A stretch of DNA of 64,000 nt from Truepera sp. (GCA_965218435.1 CBDCKW010000009.1:2976001-3040000); one strand, 5' to 3'. Shown: positions 39,029-51,387, counted from the stretch's first letter. Notes: generated from the sequence alone by a model not told the origin. Numbers and translations: made by a program.

Positions 39029-39706
39029 ATGCTGAGCATCACCGAACACATCTCTGAAGGCGACTGCAACACTCCCGAAGTCGTTCCCAGCACCCTAGCG
39101 CACCCGACCCGGACGCTCGAGCCCAGCGCCATCTTGTACGAAGCAGGCCGTGAGGCGAGTTCACTATACATCGTTAACAGCGGCGTCTTAAAAGCCGTCG
39201 TCCCGACCTCTTTGGGCCGCGACCGTATCGCCGACTTACACGGCCCCGGCGACGTGCTGGGCCTCGCCGCGATTGACGGCGGTACCCACGCCGAAACGGT
39301 GCAGGCCGTTCACGACGCCTGCTTGACCCCGCTCGACCCGCAGCAAGCCCTTAACGACCGGCGTTTGCGCGACTACATCTTCCACAGTATGGCGCGGCAG
39401 CTCCGCCGTAGCCGCGAAGCTATTGACGACGCCGAACTCCCGGTCGGTGCCCGCGTGACCCGCACATTCTTGCGCCTCACCGAGCGTTTCGGGCAAGGAG
39501 CCGACAGCGGCGCAGGCGTCAAGTTACCGCTCGCCCTGACGCACGAAGATTTAGCGTCACTGACGGGTTCATCCCGTGTAACCATCACTCGGATTCTGGG
39601 CGAGTTACGGCAAGAAGGCGCATTGTCCGGGACACGCGGCGTTTATGTGGCGAATCCGAGAAACCTCGAGGCCGCCACCGACAACTACGTCATGCAGGTC
39701 ATCTAG
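39029..39706 (+). CDS. Crp/Fnr-family transcriptional regulator (paralogue 2)
   Basis: About 78% aa identity (hand count) to 13010-13678 with an identical HTH; AAGGAGG SD before ATG 39029. Confidence 0.92.
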   Translation: MLSITEHISEGDCNTPEVVPSTLAHPTRTLEPSAILYEAGREASSLYIVNSGVLKAVVPTSLGRDRIADLHGPGDVLGLAAIDGGTHAETVQAVHDACLTPLDPQQALNDRRLRDYIFHSMARQLRRSREAIDDAELPVGARVTRTFLRLTERFGQGADSGAGVKLPLALTHEDLASLTGSSRVTITRILGELRQEGALSGTRGVYVANPRNLEAATDNYVMQVI

Positions 39707-39722
39707 CAAGCGTAACGACACG

Positions 39723-39761
39723 AGAACGGGCAGCGGTTCAAGTCGCTGCCCGTTCTTTTTT
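39723..39761 (+). terminator. Intrinsic terminator
   Basis: 13-bp stem AGAACGGGCAGCG/CGCTGCCCGTTCT followed by a T-run. Confidence 0.85.
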
Positions 39762-39769
39762 GGTCTTTT

Positions 39770-40474
39770 CTATTTCAAAGCAAAGGTCACCTGTACAGAG
39801 ACTTCTACTGAAAGTTGACCGCTCGAGACCGGCACCGAGCCGCCCCCCGACATCATGCCTCCTTGTGCAAAAGCCGCGTCGTAGTTTCTAGCGTAAACGT
39901 CACCCGGTCGCTGAGTTTCGACAATGCGTTGCACCGCCCCAAGCTTAGCCTGACCGAGTGAGGCGAGTTGTCGGGCTTTTTTACGGGCACTCGTCATCGC
40001 TTGTTCACGGGCTCGGCGCTCGAGTTTCGTTCGAGTAGAAGCGGAAAAATCGTAAACCACATTAGAGATTTCGTTCGCGCCTACCTCGGCACTTTTAGCG
40101 AGCAGTTCACCGAGTTGCGCTGTATTGCGGACGGTCACACTGAGCGTACTAATCACCCGGTAACGCGTCGCCACAAGCTGGTTTTTCCGGTAGATCGGCT
40201 CAGGGTAGACGCTGAAGTTACTCGTACGAACGTCCTTTTCGGCGACACCTGCATCTTTAAGTGCTTGGGTTAGGCTCGAGGCCCTTTCGCTTACTTTAGC
40301 GGTGGCGACCTGAGCGTCAGCATTCAGGATATTTATCCCTGCGTCGAAACTCGCCTCGTCGGGTTCACCGTAGACGGTACCGGTCGCGCTCACCATGACA
40401 CTTTTAGGGACTTGAGCAAAGGTAACGGGCAGCAGTAACGTAAGACATACGAGTAAGAGTTTGGCTGGCTTCAT
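39770..40474 (-). CDS. SIMPL-domain (DUF541) exported protein
   Basis: Signal peptide; V.ATG.V...PD.A, GANEIS.V and AR..A...AR.KA..LA patterns. Confidence 0.88.
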   Translation of the reverse strand: MKPAKLLLVCLTLLLPVTFAQVPKSVMVSATGTVYGEPDEASFDAGINILNADAQVATAKVSERASSLTQALKDAGVAEKDVRTSNFSVYPEPIYRKNQLVATRYRVISTLSVTVRNTAQLGELLAKSAEVGANEISNVVYDFSASTRTKLERRAREQAMTSARKKARQLASLGQAKLGAVQRIVETQRPGDVYARNYDAAFAQGGMMSGGGSVPVSSGQLSVEVSVQVTFALK

Positions 40475-40556
40475 AATGTCATCCTTTCGCCTCGAGCCTA
40501 CAAGCTACTAGGCTCGAGATGCTGAGAACTATGCTTAAAAGCCTTTAACAAGCGTT

Positions 40557-41096
40557 TTACTCCAGCTTTGCCTTTACCCGCGCGGCTTGCTGCAAATGCC
40601 TCAGCTCATGCACGGTTACAGCATTGAACGCAGTAAACGCGCTCAGCCGCAAAAACCTCGAGACCGGTGACGAGATAACGATGCGGCTCAGCTCGAGCCC
40701 GTCAGCGAGTTGGGTAAGCTCTAAAAGCTCGTCTTGGAGGCTTAAAAACCGCTCGACAACGCCCGCTTGCGGCTCAGGCAAAAATGTTTTGGGCGTTTTG
40801 AGTTTTAGGTTGGCGTCAGGCGTCAGCGGGCGGACAAACAGCTTACCCACAAAACCAAGCTGAAACGGCCCGCGTCCCTTTTTGTTTTCGGAGGCTTGGA
40901 GCGTAGGTCTCAGCCGAGCCGCGTATTCCTTCCCGGCGATATTAAGGTGCGCCAAACACTCACCGACCAACCAACCCCCGTCCGGCGGCGGTTGCCAGAG
41001 CTGTCCTTCGCTCAGGTCGGCCGTGAGGTGCGTAGCCTCGAGCTTTACGCGCCCCAGCTGCGCCCGCATTTCGTCTAGCTGCAAAGGCAGTTTCAT
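40557..41096 (-). CDS. DinB-family protein
   Basis: W.VGECLAHL and HELRHLQQ His motifs. Confidence 0.85.
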   Translation of the reverse strand: MKLPLQLDEMRAQLGRVKLEATHLTADLSEGQLWQPPPDGGWLVGECLAHLNIAGKEYAARLRPTLQASENKKGRGPFQLGFVGKLFVRPLTPDANLKLKTPKTFLPEPQAGVVERFLSLQDELLELTQLADGLELSRIVISSPVSRFLRLSAFTAFNAVTVHELRHLQQAARVKAKLE

Positions 41097-41165
41097 ACCC
41101 CACTATAGAGAGTTGCAAAGAAAAAAAGGAGAGGTCACCCTCCCCTTTCCGGTCAGCTCAACCCT

Positions 41166-42749
41166 TTAGTCGAACAAGCTTGCGACGTTCACCTCACCCT
41201 GCGGCTCGAGGTACGCCGTGTCCATCTGCGCGAGTTGCAAGGTGCCTGACACGTCGTCGTTGACGCCCTGCCAGTAGGTATAGTTGTCAATCACCCAGAT
41301 GCCCGACTCACGCGTGCCGTTACCCGAACCTTTGGTCCCGCCGAACGGCATGTGCGCTTCAGCGCCGGTTGTCGAATTGTTAATTGAGGTCATCCCGGCC
41401 TCAATCTCTTCTTTGAAGCGGTGCGCCCAGAGCCGGTTATTTGTATAGATGGCCGATGAGAGGCCGTAATCAACCGCGTTCGCCGTCTGAATCGCTTCGT
41501 CAATGCCGTCTACTTTAACCAGGTTGATGGTCGGGCCAAACACTTCGGTCTTAAACTGTTTCATCTCCGGGGTGACGCCCTCCCAAACCGTGGGCCAGCC
41601 GTAAAAGCTCGCCTCCGGGTCGCCGACAAAACCGTCGGGTTTACTTTCCGGCGTAATACGACTTTCGCCGTAAAGGAGCGTTGCCCCGTCCGCTCTGCCC
41701 CAGTCGTAGTGCTCGGCCCAGCGATTGAAAAACCGCTCGTTGATAAAGGGGCCGTAAAGCACGTCGTCAACCTTGTTTGGGTCACCGATTTTCACGTTTT
41801 TGGCAGCCTCGAGAAAGCGCGTCTTGAACTCGTCGTACACGGGCGCGTCAATGATGATATTGCCCGCTGAAGTGCAGCGTTGCCCACCGGTGCCAAACGA
41901 AGCCCAGAGTGCGCCCTGCACGGCGTTGTCCAGGTCAGCGTCGCGCATCACGACCAAGGGATTTTTGCCGCCCAGCTCTAAGGTCGGGTGCAAAAGATTG
42001 CGCCCCGCAACCCCACCAATCTCCCGGCCCACCGCCGTCGAACCGGTAAAGGCAAACTTGTTCAGCAGCCCCTCGTCCATCATCTCGATCAGGTATTCGC
42101 CCGCTGCGTCTTTGCCGCCACCAAAGATGAGGTTTAAGACGCCTGCGGGTAGTCCTGCTTCGTGCATCAATTTGACGAGCGCGTAGGCGCACGCGGGCGC
42201 ATCTTCAGAGGGTTTCCAGACGACCGTATTGCCAGTCAAAAGGGCCGGAATCAGCTTCCACGCCGGAACTGCAACCGGAAAGTTTCCCGCTGTGACAATG
42301 CCTACGACCCCGAGCGGACGGCGATAGGTCAGGAGTTCTTTGTTGGGCATTTCAGACGGCACCGTCTGCCCGTACAAACGGCGGCCTTCGGACTGAAAAA
42401 AGTGACAAGTGTCAATGGCTTCTTGGACGTCGCCACGGGCCTCTTTGAGCGTTTTACCCATCTCACGCGTCGCAAGGCGACTTAAAGACTCTTTTTCGCG
42501 CTCGAGCGCCTTACCAATCGTCCCAATGAGTTCACCCCGAATCGGGGCGGGCGTTTTCGACCAGCTCTTAAAGGCTTTTTGGGCAGTCTGGCACGCTTCT
42601 CTGACCTGCTCTTTGGTCGCTTCGGGAAATTGTCCGATGACATCGGCAAGTTCTGACGAATTACGTGACGCAAACGTTTTGTCGCTGTTGACTTCCTCAC
42701 TACCGATCAGGTTGCCGAACGTTTTAACACTCTCTTTAACTTGTGACAT
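41166..42749 (-). CDS. NAD(P)-dependent aldehyde dehydrogenase
   Basis: NFP, KPSE, FTGS, LELGGKNP, GQRCT, EVFGP and PFGG motifs; GGAGGA SD before ATG 42749. Confidence 0.92.
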   Translation of the reverse strand: MSQVKESVKTFGNLIGSEEVNSDKTFASRNSSELADVIGQFPEATKEQVREACQTAQKAFKSWSKTPAPIRGELIGTIGKALEREKESLSRLATREMGKTLKEARGDVQEAIDTCHFFQSEGRRLYGQTVPSEMPNKELLTYRRPLGVVGIVTAGNFPVAVPAWKLIPALLTGNTVVWKPSEDAPACAYALVKLMHEAGLPAGVLNLIFGGGKDAAGEYLIEMMDEGLLNKFAFTGSTAVGREIGGVAGRNLLHPTLELGGKNPLVVMRDADLDNAVQGALWASFGTGGQRCTSAGNIIIDAPVYDEFKTRFLEAAKNVKIGDPNKVDDVLYGPFINERFFNRWAEHYDWGRADGATLLYGESRITPESKPDGFVGDPEASFYGWPTVWEGVTPEMKQFKTEVFGPTINLVKVDGIDEAIQTANAVDYGLSSAIYTNNRLWAHRFKEEIEAGMTSINNSTTGAEAHMPFGGTKGSGNGTRESGIWVIDNYTYWQGVNDDVSGTLQLAQMDTAYLEPQGEVNVASLFD

Positions 42750-42842
42750 ACGTCCTCCACATTCACGCGATGGTATCACATTATGCAGAGCTTTATTCAT
42801 CCGGCATAGACTTTTGCGCGTTGGGCGGGTAAGCTGAACGTG

Positions 42843-44450
<1,608 letters not shown>

Positions 44451-44452
44451 CG

Positions 44453-44968
44453 ATGACGACAGATGCGACAGGAACGCAGATAGCAACGACTTTGGGGCGT
44501 GACTTTCAAGACTTAGTAGAGGCGCTGCTCAACAATATTCAAAACGTTCTTACAGATTTTCCCGACGAAGTGCTAAATGAAATTCCCGAAGGTCTTACGA
44601 ATAGCCCTTATACTCTGATCTATCATCTGTTGGGCTCGGCGCGTTACTGGATTGGTGAAGTTGTCGGGGGCGGCGCGTCAAACCGTGTACGCGCGGACGA
44701 GTTTCAAGCACAAGGCTCACGGCAAGACCTCGAGCAACGCCTCGAAAATACCCGCGTGGGGCTGGCTTACACGTTTGAGCATTTAGACGAAGCCGACCTG
44801 ACACCGCACCCGGTTGACCTCAGCCGCGGTGTGCTGAGCTGGGGCAGTCTGCCGCCTGAAGGCCGCACGTCAGCTTGGGTGATTGCGCACGACCTGGCAC
44901 ATATGGCTTACCATTTGGGCCAGCTCAGGTTGATGCAGCGCCTGCTCCTAAAAAAGGCAACCCAATGA
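44453..44968 (+). CDS. DinB-family protein
   Basis: NS...LIYHL, R..EF and HMAYHLGQ motifs. Confidence 0.82.
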   Translation: MTTDATGTQIATTLGRDFQDLVEALLNNIQNVLTDFPDEVLNEIPEGLTNSPYTLIYHLLGSARYWIGEVVGGGASNRVRADEFQAQGSRQDLEQRLENTRVGLAYTFEHLDEADLTPHPVDLSRGVLSWGSLPPEGRTSAWVIAHDLAHMAYHLGQLRLMQRLLLKKATQ

Positions 44969-45360
44969 CAGAACGTCAAAATATCGCCAGCGGAACCCCG
45001 TGGGAAGCGCAAGTGGGGTACTCGAGAGCCGTTCGCAGCGGCCCGCACGTGTGGGTTTCGGGGACGACGGCGACGGACGGAAGCGGCACAGTTGTCGGTC
45101 AAGATACCTACACACAAACCGTACAGATTTTGAAAAATATCGGCGTAGCGTTGGCTAAGGCAGGGGCAAAGCTAGACGACGTGGTGCGTACCCGCATCTT
45201 TGTGACCGACATCAAAGACTGGCAAGAGGTAGGGCGGGCGCATAGCGAGGTTTTCGGCAGTGTCCGACCTGCTACAGCGATGGTTGAAGTGAGCGCCCTT
45301 ATTGCCCCGGACATGCTCGTCGAAATCGAAGCTGACGCCTTCATTCAGGGGGAAGCGTGA
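44965..45360 (+). CDS. Rid (YjgF/YER057c/UK114)-family protein
   Basis: [26 protein letters not shown] and LVEIEA motifs; ATGA overlap with the DinB gene. Confidence 0.9.
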   Translation: MTERQNIASGTPWEAQVGYSRAVRSGPHVWVSGTTATDGSGTVVGQDTYTQTVQILKNIGVALAKAGAKLDDVVRTRIFVTDIKDWQEVGRAHSEVFGSVRPATAMVEVSALIAPDMLVEIEADAFIQGEA

Positions 45361-46634
45361 CTCGTATACGGATTCAAAACGCTCGTTTGCATGATCTTTA
45401 CGGCGATCACGGCGTCCATGACCTCTACCTTAAAGACGGCTTTATCGAAGGAACTGACTTGGGTGGTGAGGTAGACGAAACCTTTGACGCTGAGGGAAAC
45501 CTCGTCACGCCAGCGTTTATTGACCTGCACGCCCACCTGCGCGAACCGGGGCAAGAGCAAAAAGAAGATTTGGCTTCCGGCCTCGCCGCCGCTGCCGCCG
45601 GGGGTTTTGGCACGGTCGTCTCGATGGCGAACACCACCCCGCCCGTAGATGAACCCAGCACGGTTACGGCGCTGATTGCCAAAGCTGAACGTTTGGGGTT
45701 CTCTCGGCTGCGCCCTGCCGCCACGCTGAGCCGCGGTCTCAAAGGGCTCGAGCTGACCGATTTTGCTGCCCTCAAGGACGCTGGAGCCGTGATGATCACC
45801 GACGACGGCATTCCGGTGCAAGATGGTCATCTGATGCGCCGAGCTTGTGAGTACGCTGCCGAACTCGAGCTGGTCATCCAAACGCACTCCGAAGACCCCG
45901 GTTTACGGCAAAACGGCGTGATGAACGAGGGCGTCGTCTCACAACGGCTCGGTTTACCGGGAAATCCTGTCGCCGCTGAAGCCGCGATGATCTACCGCGA
46001 CTGTGAAATCGCCGCCATGACTGGAGCCAGGGTTCACATCGCGCACGTCTCGTCAAAACGGGGCATGAAAGTGATCGAATTTTTCAAAGCGCAAGGCGCA
46101 CCGATAACTTGCGAGGTGACGCCGCACCATTTGAGCCTAACCGACGCCGTACTGGAAAACTTTGACCCCATCGCCAAAGTTGCGCCACCACTCCGCACCG
46201 CTGAAGACGTAGCGTACTTGCATGACGCCGTAAAACGCGGTGTAGTAGACAGCATCGGCACCGACCACGCACCGCACACCCGCGCTGAAAAAGATCAAGA
46301 TATGGAGAGAGCGCCATTCGGTATCGGTAATATCGAAGTAGCGTTTCCGCTCCTTTATACCGAACTGGTTTTAGGGGACGGGCTGCCGTTAGGGACGCTC
46401 TTAAAACTGCTGCAAAGTGGTCCCACTAAGGTCATGAGCTGGACGCCGCCGAAGCTCGCGCCCGGACAACCTGCAGACGTGGTGGTTCTCGACTTAGAAA
46501 CCGAGCGCCCGGTTAAACCCGAAACCTTTAAGAGTAAAGCCAAGTTCAGCCCCTGGAAGGGTCAGGAGCTTAAAGGCTGGCCGACGCTGACATTGGTACG
46601 CGGTAAGCTTGCGTTTCGGTCAACGTCTGCGTAG
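45357..46634 (+). CDS. pyrC: Dihydroorotase (type I)
   Basis: [28 protein letters not shown] and TDHAPH motifs. Confidence 0.95.
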   Translation: MTRIRIQNARLHDLYGDHGVHDLYLKDGFIEGTDLGGEVDETFDAEGNLVTPAFIDLHAHLREPGQEQKEDLASGLAAAAAGGFGTVVSMANTTPPVDEPSTVTALIAKAERLGFSRLRPAATLSRGLKGLELTDFAALKDAGAVMITDDGIPVQDGHLMRRACEYAAELELVIQTHSEDPGLRQNGVMNEGVVSQRLGLPGNPVAAEAAMIYRDCEIAAMTGARVHIAHVSSKRGMKVIEFFKAQGAPITCEVTPHHLSLTDAVLENFDPIAKVAPPLRTAEDVAYLHDAVKRGVVDSIGTDHAPHTRAEKDQDMERAPFGIGNIEVAFPLLYTELVLGDGLPLGTLLKLLQSGPTKVMSWTPPKLAPGQPADVVVLDLETERPVKPETFKSKAKFSPWKGQELKGWPTLTLVRGKLAFRSTSA

Positions 46635-46776
46635 AGCAAGGCGAGATTACTCACATACGTGTGTGTATTTGGTCAACATTAGACCAGCCCCTCTGTGATA
46701 CCCGACAGCGGTGGCGAGATAAGCTCGAGACAGGGACACCATACGTGTAAGAAGCGTTGGGGCGGAACGCAACACC

Positions 46777-47610
46777 TTAACGTTTCAAGTCCGGCTCCGG
46801 GTTCGCCACAAGCGGCGAGTCTGGAGCCGAATAACGAAAAGACCCCGGGGTGCGCCCGGTATCCCGTTTAACGTACCTGCTGAGGTGACTGACAGAGTAG
46901 TAGCCACAAAGCTCGGCGACCTCCTCGAGGCTCAAGTTAGAGTTGCCGATAAGCTCCAAGGCGCGCCTTTGCCGCAGCCCCTGCAGATAAGCCTTCGGGC
47001 TATAACCCCGCAATTTGACGAAGTAAGCTCTCAGGGTTGAGGTCGAAACACCGACTTCGGCGGCTACTTCCGCAACGCTTGGCGACAGGCTGAGCCGCTC
47101 TTCAAACAACCGCTCGGCGCTCTGCACAAGCTGCTCGGCGGCGGTCGGCTCAGGCTCACAGCTTTTACGGCGCAGCGTAAGGTCGAGTTGCCGTAAAAGC
47201 AGCGTGAGCATCTCCGTCCGGTCGAGCGCCCGCCCGCGCCACTCTCGCCGCAACCCGGTAAAGAGCGCGGCTAAGGTGTGCTCCTGATCGTCGCGGTAAA
47301 CCTGCAGCCAAGGGGGTACTGCGTCACACTGCAGATGCATATAAATCTGTTTGTAAGCGGTGAGCGCCAAGTCAAAGTGGGGCGTCTCAGGCGGAATAAC
47401 CAGCAGCATTCCTGGCTGGGTATCGAAGACGTGAGCGTCTACTACGCACCGGATATAACCAGCTTGGTAGTAGATCAGTTCCCAGGCATCGTGCTGGTGA
47501 ACGGGAAAGTTTTGCTGTTGCCCGGCAGTATAGGTACTGACCGTGCTCAGCTGCAGCTCACTCTCTGAAAACGAGGGATAGCCTGGCGATTTGTGCAATT
47601 CACCTGCCAT
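46777..47610 (-). CDS. AraC-family regulator, divergent from the galactoside cluster
   Basis: Cupin N-terminus (HQHDAWEL) and double HTH (EVAELCGY...R.PG.FR). Confidence 0.9.
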   Translation of the reverse strand: MAGELHKSPGYPSFSESELQLSTVSTYTAGQQQNFPVHQHDAWELIYYQAGYIRCVVDAHVFDTQPGMLLVIPPETPHFDLALTAYKQIYMHLQCDAVPPWLQVYRDDQEHTLAALFTGLRREWRGRALDRTEMLTLLLRQLDLTLRRKSCEPEPTAAEQLVQSAERLFEERLSLSPSVAEVAAEVGVSTSTLRAYFVKLRGYSPKAYLQGLRQRRALELIGNSNLSLEEVAELCGYYSVSHLSRYVKRDTGRTPGSFRYSAPDSPLVANPEPDLKR

Positions 47611-47786
47611 TTTATGTATTGCCTTTCACGCCTCTTTTCACTAGTATAGACGCAGTTTAACAAAAATTGTTGCGGTGTCTTAACGCACGTCCAGCCTTCT
47701 AAGCGTGTAGCTGGAGGGTTCTCGAGCGTTTAAGGCTCTCGAGAGAACGCAAGCGGCGTTTGCCGGGGGGACACGCGGGGAGGTTT

Positions 47787-49160
47787 ATGGCGAAAATTGC
47801 AATCATCGGAGCGGGTGGCTTCGTCTTTCCGCTCAGACTGATAGGCGACATCCTCAGTTTTAGTGAGCTGCAAGACAGCGAACTGGCGCTTATGGATATT
47901 GACGTAACTACGCTGGCACGTACGACCGGCGCAGCACGGGAACTGGTTGCCCATCACAGCTTAAACACGCGTGTGACTGAGACGACCAACCGCCGGGAAG
48001 CTCTGGACGGGGCGGACTACGTGATCGTGACCTTTCAGGTGGGCGGCCTAAAGGCGTACCGCGCCGACGTCGAGATTCCGCGCCGCTACGGACTCGATCA
48101 GTGCGTCGGCGATACGCTCGGGCCGGGCGGGGTGTTCCGCTTTTTGCGGAGCGTACCTGCGTATTATGAGCTTGCTCAGGACATGCTCGAGCTTTGCCCG
48201 AACGCGCTCCTACTCAACTACGCCAACCCGATGGCCATGAACTGCAGCTATTTGTCCCGGCTCGGCGTTCAAACCGTCGGGCTTTGCCACAGCGTTCAGG
48301 GTACGACCCGGATGCTGGCGGACGCGCTGCAAGTTCCCTACGACGAGGTTGACTACCGCGTCGCCGGGATCAACCATCAAGCCTGGATTTTAGAGTTTAG
48401 ACGCGGCGCAGAAGACCTCTATCCGAGACTCCGGGAAGAGCTGGGGCGGGCGCATCTTAAAGGCGCTTTTACGGGGGAACTCGGGCCCGACTTGGGTGAC
48501 CACAGCGAAGCCCGCAGCGTGTCGTCTTACGAAGGCGGTCAAGAGCGCGTGCGCACGGAAATCATGGCGGCGTTCGGCTATTTTCATACCGAGTCGAGCC
48601 ATCACGCCAGCGAGTACCTGCCCTACTTTCGTAAAGATCAGCAGCTCATCAGCGAGCTGATTCCGGAACGTTGGGACTACTTCGAGGTCTGCTCGAGGCA
48701 TGATGAGGCGGGGCTTAAAGACCTGCTTGAGCGGCTTAAAACAGAGCTGAAACCGTCGCTCGAGTACGGCTCGCAAATTATCCACAGTCTTGAAACCAAC
48801 ACCTCACGCGTTATCTACGGCAACGTCGCTAACAACGGCCTGATTACCAACTTGCCCGAGGGCTGCTGTGTCGAAGTGCCTTGCCTGATTGACGCGGGCG
48901 GCGTTCAACCTACGGCTGTCGGCAAGCTGCCTCCTCAATGTGCGGCGGTCAACCGTACCAACATCAATGTGCAAGAGCTGGCGGTCGAAGCGGCGCTGAC
49001 GGGTAATCTCGAGCACGTCTACCACGCAGTGCAGCTTGATCCTTTAACAGCTTCACTCCTTACCTTAGGTCAGATTCGCGACTTAGTTGACGAGCTGCTG
49101 GGGGCTGAAGCGGCGTGGCTACCGGATTTTGCCAAGCTGCAAAAAGAGGAATTCGCTTGA
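47787..49160 (+). CDS. GH4 NAD+/Mn2+-dependent alpha-galactosidase/glucosidase (paralogue 1)
   Basis: IIGAGG, GDTLGPGG, NYANPMA, GLCHSVQ, AGINH and TESSHH motifs. Confidence 0.9.
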   Translation: MAKIAIIGAGGFVFPLRLIGDILSFSELQDSELALMDIDVTTLARTTGAARELVAHHSLNTRVTETTNRREALDGADYVIVTFQVGGLKAYRADVEIPRRYGLDQCVGDTLGPGGVFRFLRSVPAYYELAQDMLELCPNALLLNYANPMAMNCSYLSRLGVQTVGLCHSVQGTTRMLADALQVPYDEVDYRVAGINHQAWILEFRRGAEDLYPRLREELGRAHLKGAFTGELGPDLGDHSEARSVSSYEGGQERVRTEIMAAFGYFHTESSHHASEYLPYFRKDQQLISELIPERWDYFEVCSRHDEAGLKDLLERLKTELKPSLEYGSQIIHSLETNTSRVIYGNVANNGLITNLPEGCCVEVPCLIDAGGVQPTAVGKLPPQCAAVNRTNINVQELAVEAALTGNLEHVYHAVQLDPLTASLLTLGQIRDLVDELLGAEAAWLPDFAKLQKEEFA

Positions 49161-49283
49161 CACTTTTACCGAACCAGCCTAGAGTTAGGAGCCACACATT
49201 TTTTATCTTGCAGCTTATTTTGCAACGCGGTCAGGTTGTAGCTACTCGTTTTAGCCGCCGGGATTCGGCGAAAGGAGTGTTGT

Positions 49284-51329
49284 ATGAAGCTAATGCGTAG
49301 GTCTTGGTTGCTTTTCGGTGTACTCTCTCTCGGGGTAGGCTTCAGCGCCGCACAAGAAGCCGAACCCGACCCGGCACGCTCGCTGAGCGGCAAGCTGCAA
49401 CTCTCAGACATCGTCGAATACCGCGCGTTTAGTAACTATCAAGAGGCTCCCGAACTTGACGCGATGGTCGAAGCCGGGGACCTCCCGCCCATAGCCGAGC
49501 GACTCCCAAAAGAGCCGCGGGTTATCAAAAAAGCCGAGATGGTTGACGGTTTGGGCGTCTATGGTGGCGTTTGGCGCGACACCTTTGCCGTTCCGACAGT
49601 GAGCTGGAATTGGGGCGTCGCCGGTCAAACTCAAGGCTATTTTGGCATCAACGAAATGGTTCAAGTTCCACTGGTTGACCTTTTTCCGATGTGGATGATG
49701 GCCCAACCGGAACCCGCGCCGCTACTCGCTAAGAGCTGGTCTTGGTCTAAAGACGGTAAAAGCCTCACCATGAAGCTTATCGAAGGCGCTCGGTGGTCGG
49801 ACGGCGTTCCCTTTACCGCCGACGACGTGCTGTTTACGTTTAACGACTATATTTTAGACCCCAATGTTCCGAGCCCCAACGAAGCCGACGCCTGGACGTT
49901 TGGGGGTAAGGTGACGAAGCTCGAGAAGATTGACGATTACACAGTTCGATTTGTTTTCGGCGCGGCGAAACCCTACAGCGCCTTTTACCGGATGGGCTAC
50001 GAACAGTTTTCTATCGTCCCTAAACACGTATTCGCAAAGTTTCATCCCAAATATACCAAAGGCGCAACCTATCAAAAGCTCTTGACCTCCGCCCCACCCC
50101 AAGACCTGCCGCCGGTTACGCTGGGCGCTTTTATCCCGGTGCGTTATCAACCCGGTCAGCAGATGATTTTGGTAAGAAACCCTTACTACTGGCAAGTTGA
50201 CGAAGACGGCAAGCAGCTCCCGTATATCAGCGAGGTCCACTACGCCGAGGCAAGTAGTGGCGAGCAGCGCACCTTTAACCTGATTAACGACACCGGCGAC
50301 CGCGATAACGTCGAGAACCCACAAATCTTTACCCAAATCTTTCAAGCCTCCCAGAAGCCCGACGCTCACTTCAATTTGCGCTTTGAGGGGTTCGGTATCG
50401 GCTACCGGCTCGAGCTCAACTTCGCCGACTTCGGCGCGAAAACGCCTCGAGCCAAGGCCCTGAGAGAGCTGTTTCGCAATCTTAAGTTTCGTGAAGCCCT
50501 CTCCTACGCGGTTGACCGTCAGGGGCTGGCAACAGCAGCCTTCGCCGGTCCATTAACCCAGCCTTGGTACGGGGGATATCCGTCGGCGTCCCCGTATTAC
50601 GATCCGAACTTAGTCAAGACCTTTGAATATAGCCCCGACCAAGCTAAAACGCTGCTCAGCGAGCTAGGGTTTCAAGATACCGATGGGAACGGCCTGCTCA
50701 ACTGGCCCCAGGGAACCCCTACCGCTGGGCAGGACCTGCTCATCGAACTCGTTGCGGCTGCGGATGTGCAAGCTGCGGTCGAAGCGGGACAGGCGCTGGT
50801 TCCACTTTTCCGCAGTGTTGGTATCGATCTGCGGTTCCGGGTTCTGCCTGGACCGACTGTCACAAACTTAGTCAACACCTCCGACTTTGATATGGTCATC
50901 ACGCGTCAAGATGTGCCCACACCGGACGTAAGGCCGGGCTTATACGGACCGGCCAGTGCCGACGAACCCACCTGGCACCAGGCTGGCCCCGAAGGGCGCA
51001 CACTGCTCCCTTTTGAAAAGGAGATGGCGACGCTTATAGACGAGTCTCGCTTCACCACCGACCCGGCTCGCCGTACCGAGATTTTCCACGAGGTTCTTAA
51101 ACTTTCAACTGACAACGTCTACACCATCGGACTCTACGAAGCGCGGCGCGGCTTAGCCGTCAATAAACGCCTTAAAAATATTCCCGACGATTTGCCCACG
51201 TTCCAGTACGAATGGGGGATGGAGAATATGCCGTGGCTTTCGTGGACAGCTGCAGATGAGCAGATCGCCCCGCGCTTTTTGAACCTCATCCCGACACCGA
51301 AAAACTATCAAGCTCGCGCGGGCAACTGA
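49284..51329 (+). CDS. ABC transporter family-5 solute-binding protein, AgpA-like (alpha-galactoside)
   Basis: Signal peptide; LPPIAERLPKEP, WSDGVPFTADDV and RNPYYWQVDE.G.QLPY motifs; flanked by GH4 genes. Confidence 0.85.
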   Translation: MKLMRRSWLLFGVLSLGVGFSAAQEAEPDPARSLSGKLQLSDIVEYRAFSNYQEAPELDAMVEAGDLPPIAERLPKEPRVIKKAEMVDGLGVYGGVWRDTFAVPTVSWNWGVAGQTQGYFGINEMVQVPLVDLFPMWMMAQPEPAPLLAKSWSWSKDGKSLTMKLIEGARWSDGVPFTADDVLFTFNDYILDPNVPSPNEADAWTFGGKVTKLEKIDDYTVRFVFGAAKPYSAFYRMGYEQFSIVPKHVFAKFHPKYTKGATYQKLLTSAPPQDLPPVTLGAFIPVRYQPGQQMILVRNPYYWQVDEDGKQLPYISEVHYAEASSGEQRTFNLINDTGDRDNVENPQIFTQIFQASQKPDAHFNLRFEGFGIGYRLELNFADFGAKTPRAKALRELFRNLKFREALSYAVDRQGLATAAFAGPLTQPWYGGYPSASPYYDPNLVKTFEYSPDQAKTLLSELGFQDTDGNGLLNWPQGTPTAGQDLLIELVAAADVQAAVEAGQALVPLFRSVGIDLRFRVLPGPTVTNLVNTSDFDMVITRQDVPTPDVRPGLYGPASADEPTWHQAGPEGRTLLPFEKEMATLIDESRFTTDPARRTEIFHEVLKLSTDNVYTIGLYEARRGLAVNKRLKNIPDDLPTFQYEWGMENMPWLSWTAADEQIAPRFLNLIPTPKNYQARAGN

Positions 51330-51360
51330 GGCGCTGAGGGTGACGGGTATAGGGTGCAGC

Positions 51361-51387
51361 AGACCGGGTAGAGATTCTGCCCGGTCT
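51361..51387 (+). other. Intercistronic hairpin after the SBP gene (likely mRNA stabiliser)
   Basis: AGACCGGGTAGA/TCTGCCCGGTCT stem with no U-tract. Confidence 0.55.

Noticed and set aside
47615..47630. TGTAT-N6-TCACG hybrid CRP/NtcA-like site between araC and GH4
   Set aside because: Too degenerate, and its spacing to the likely -10 does not fit a class II activator site
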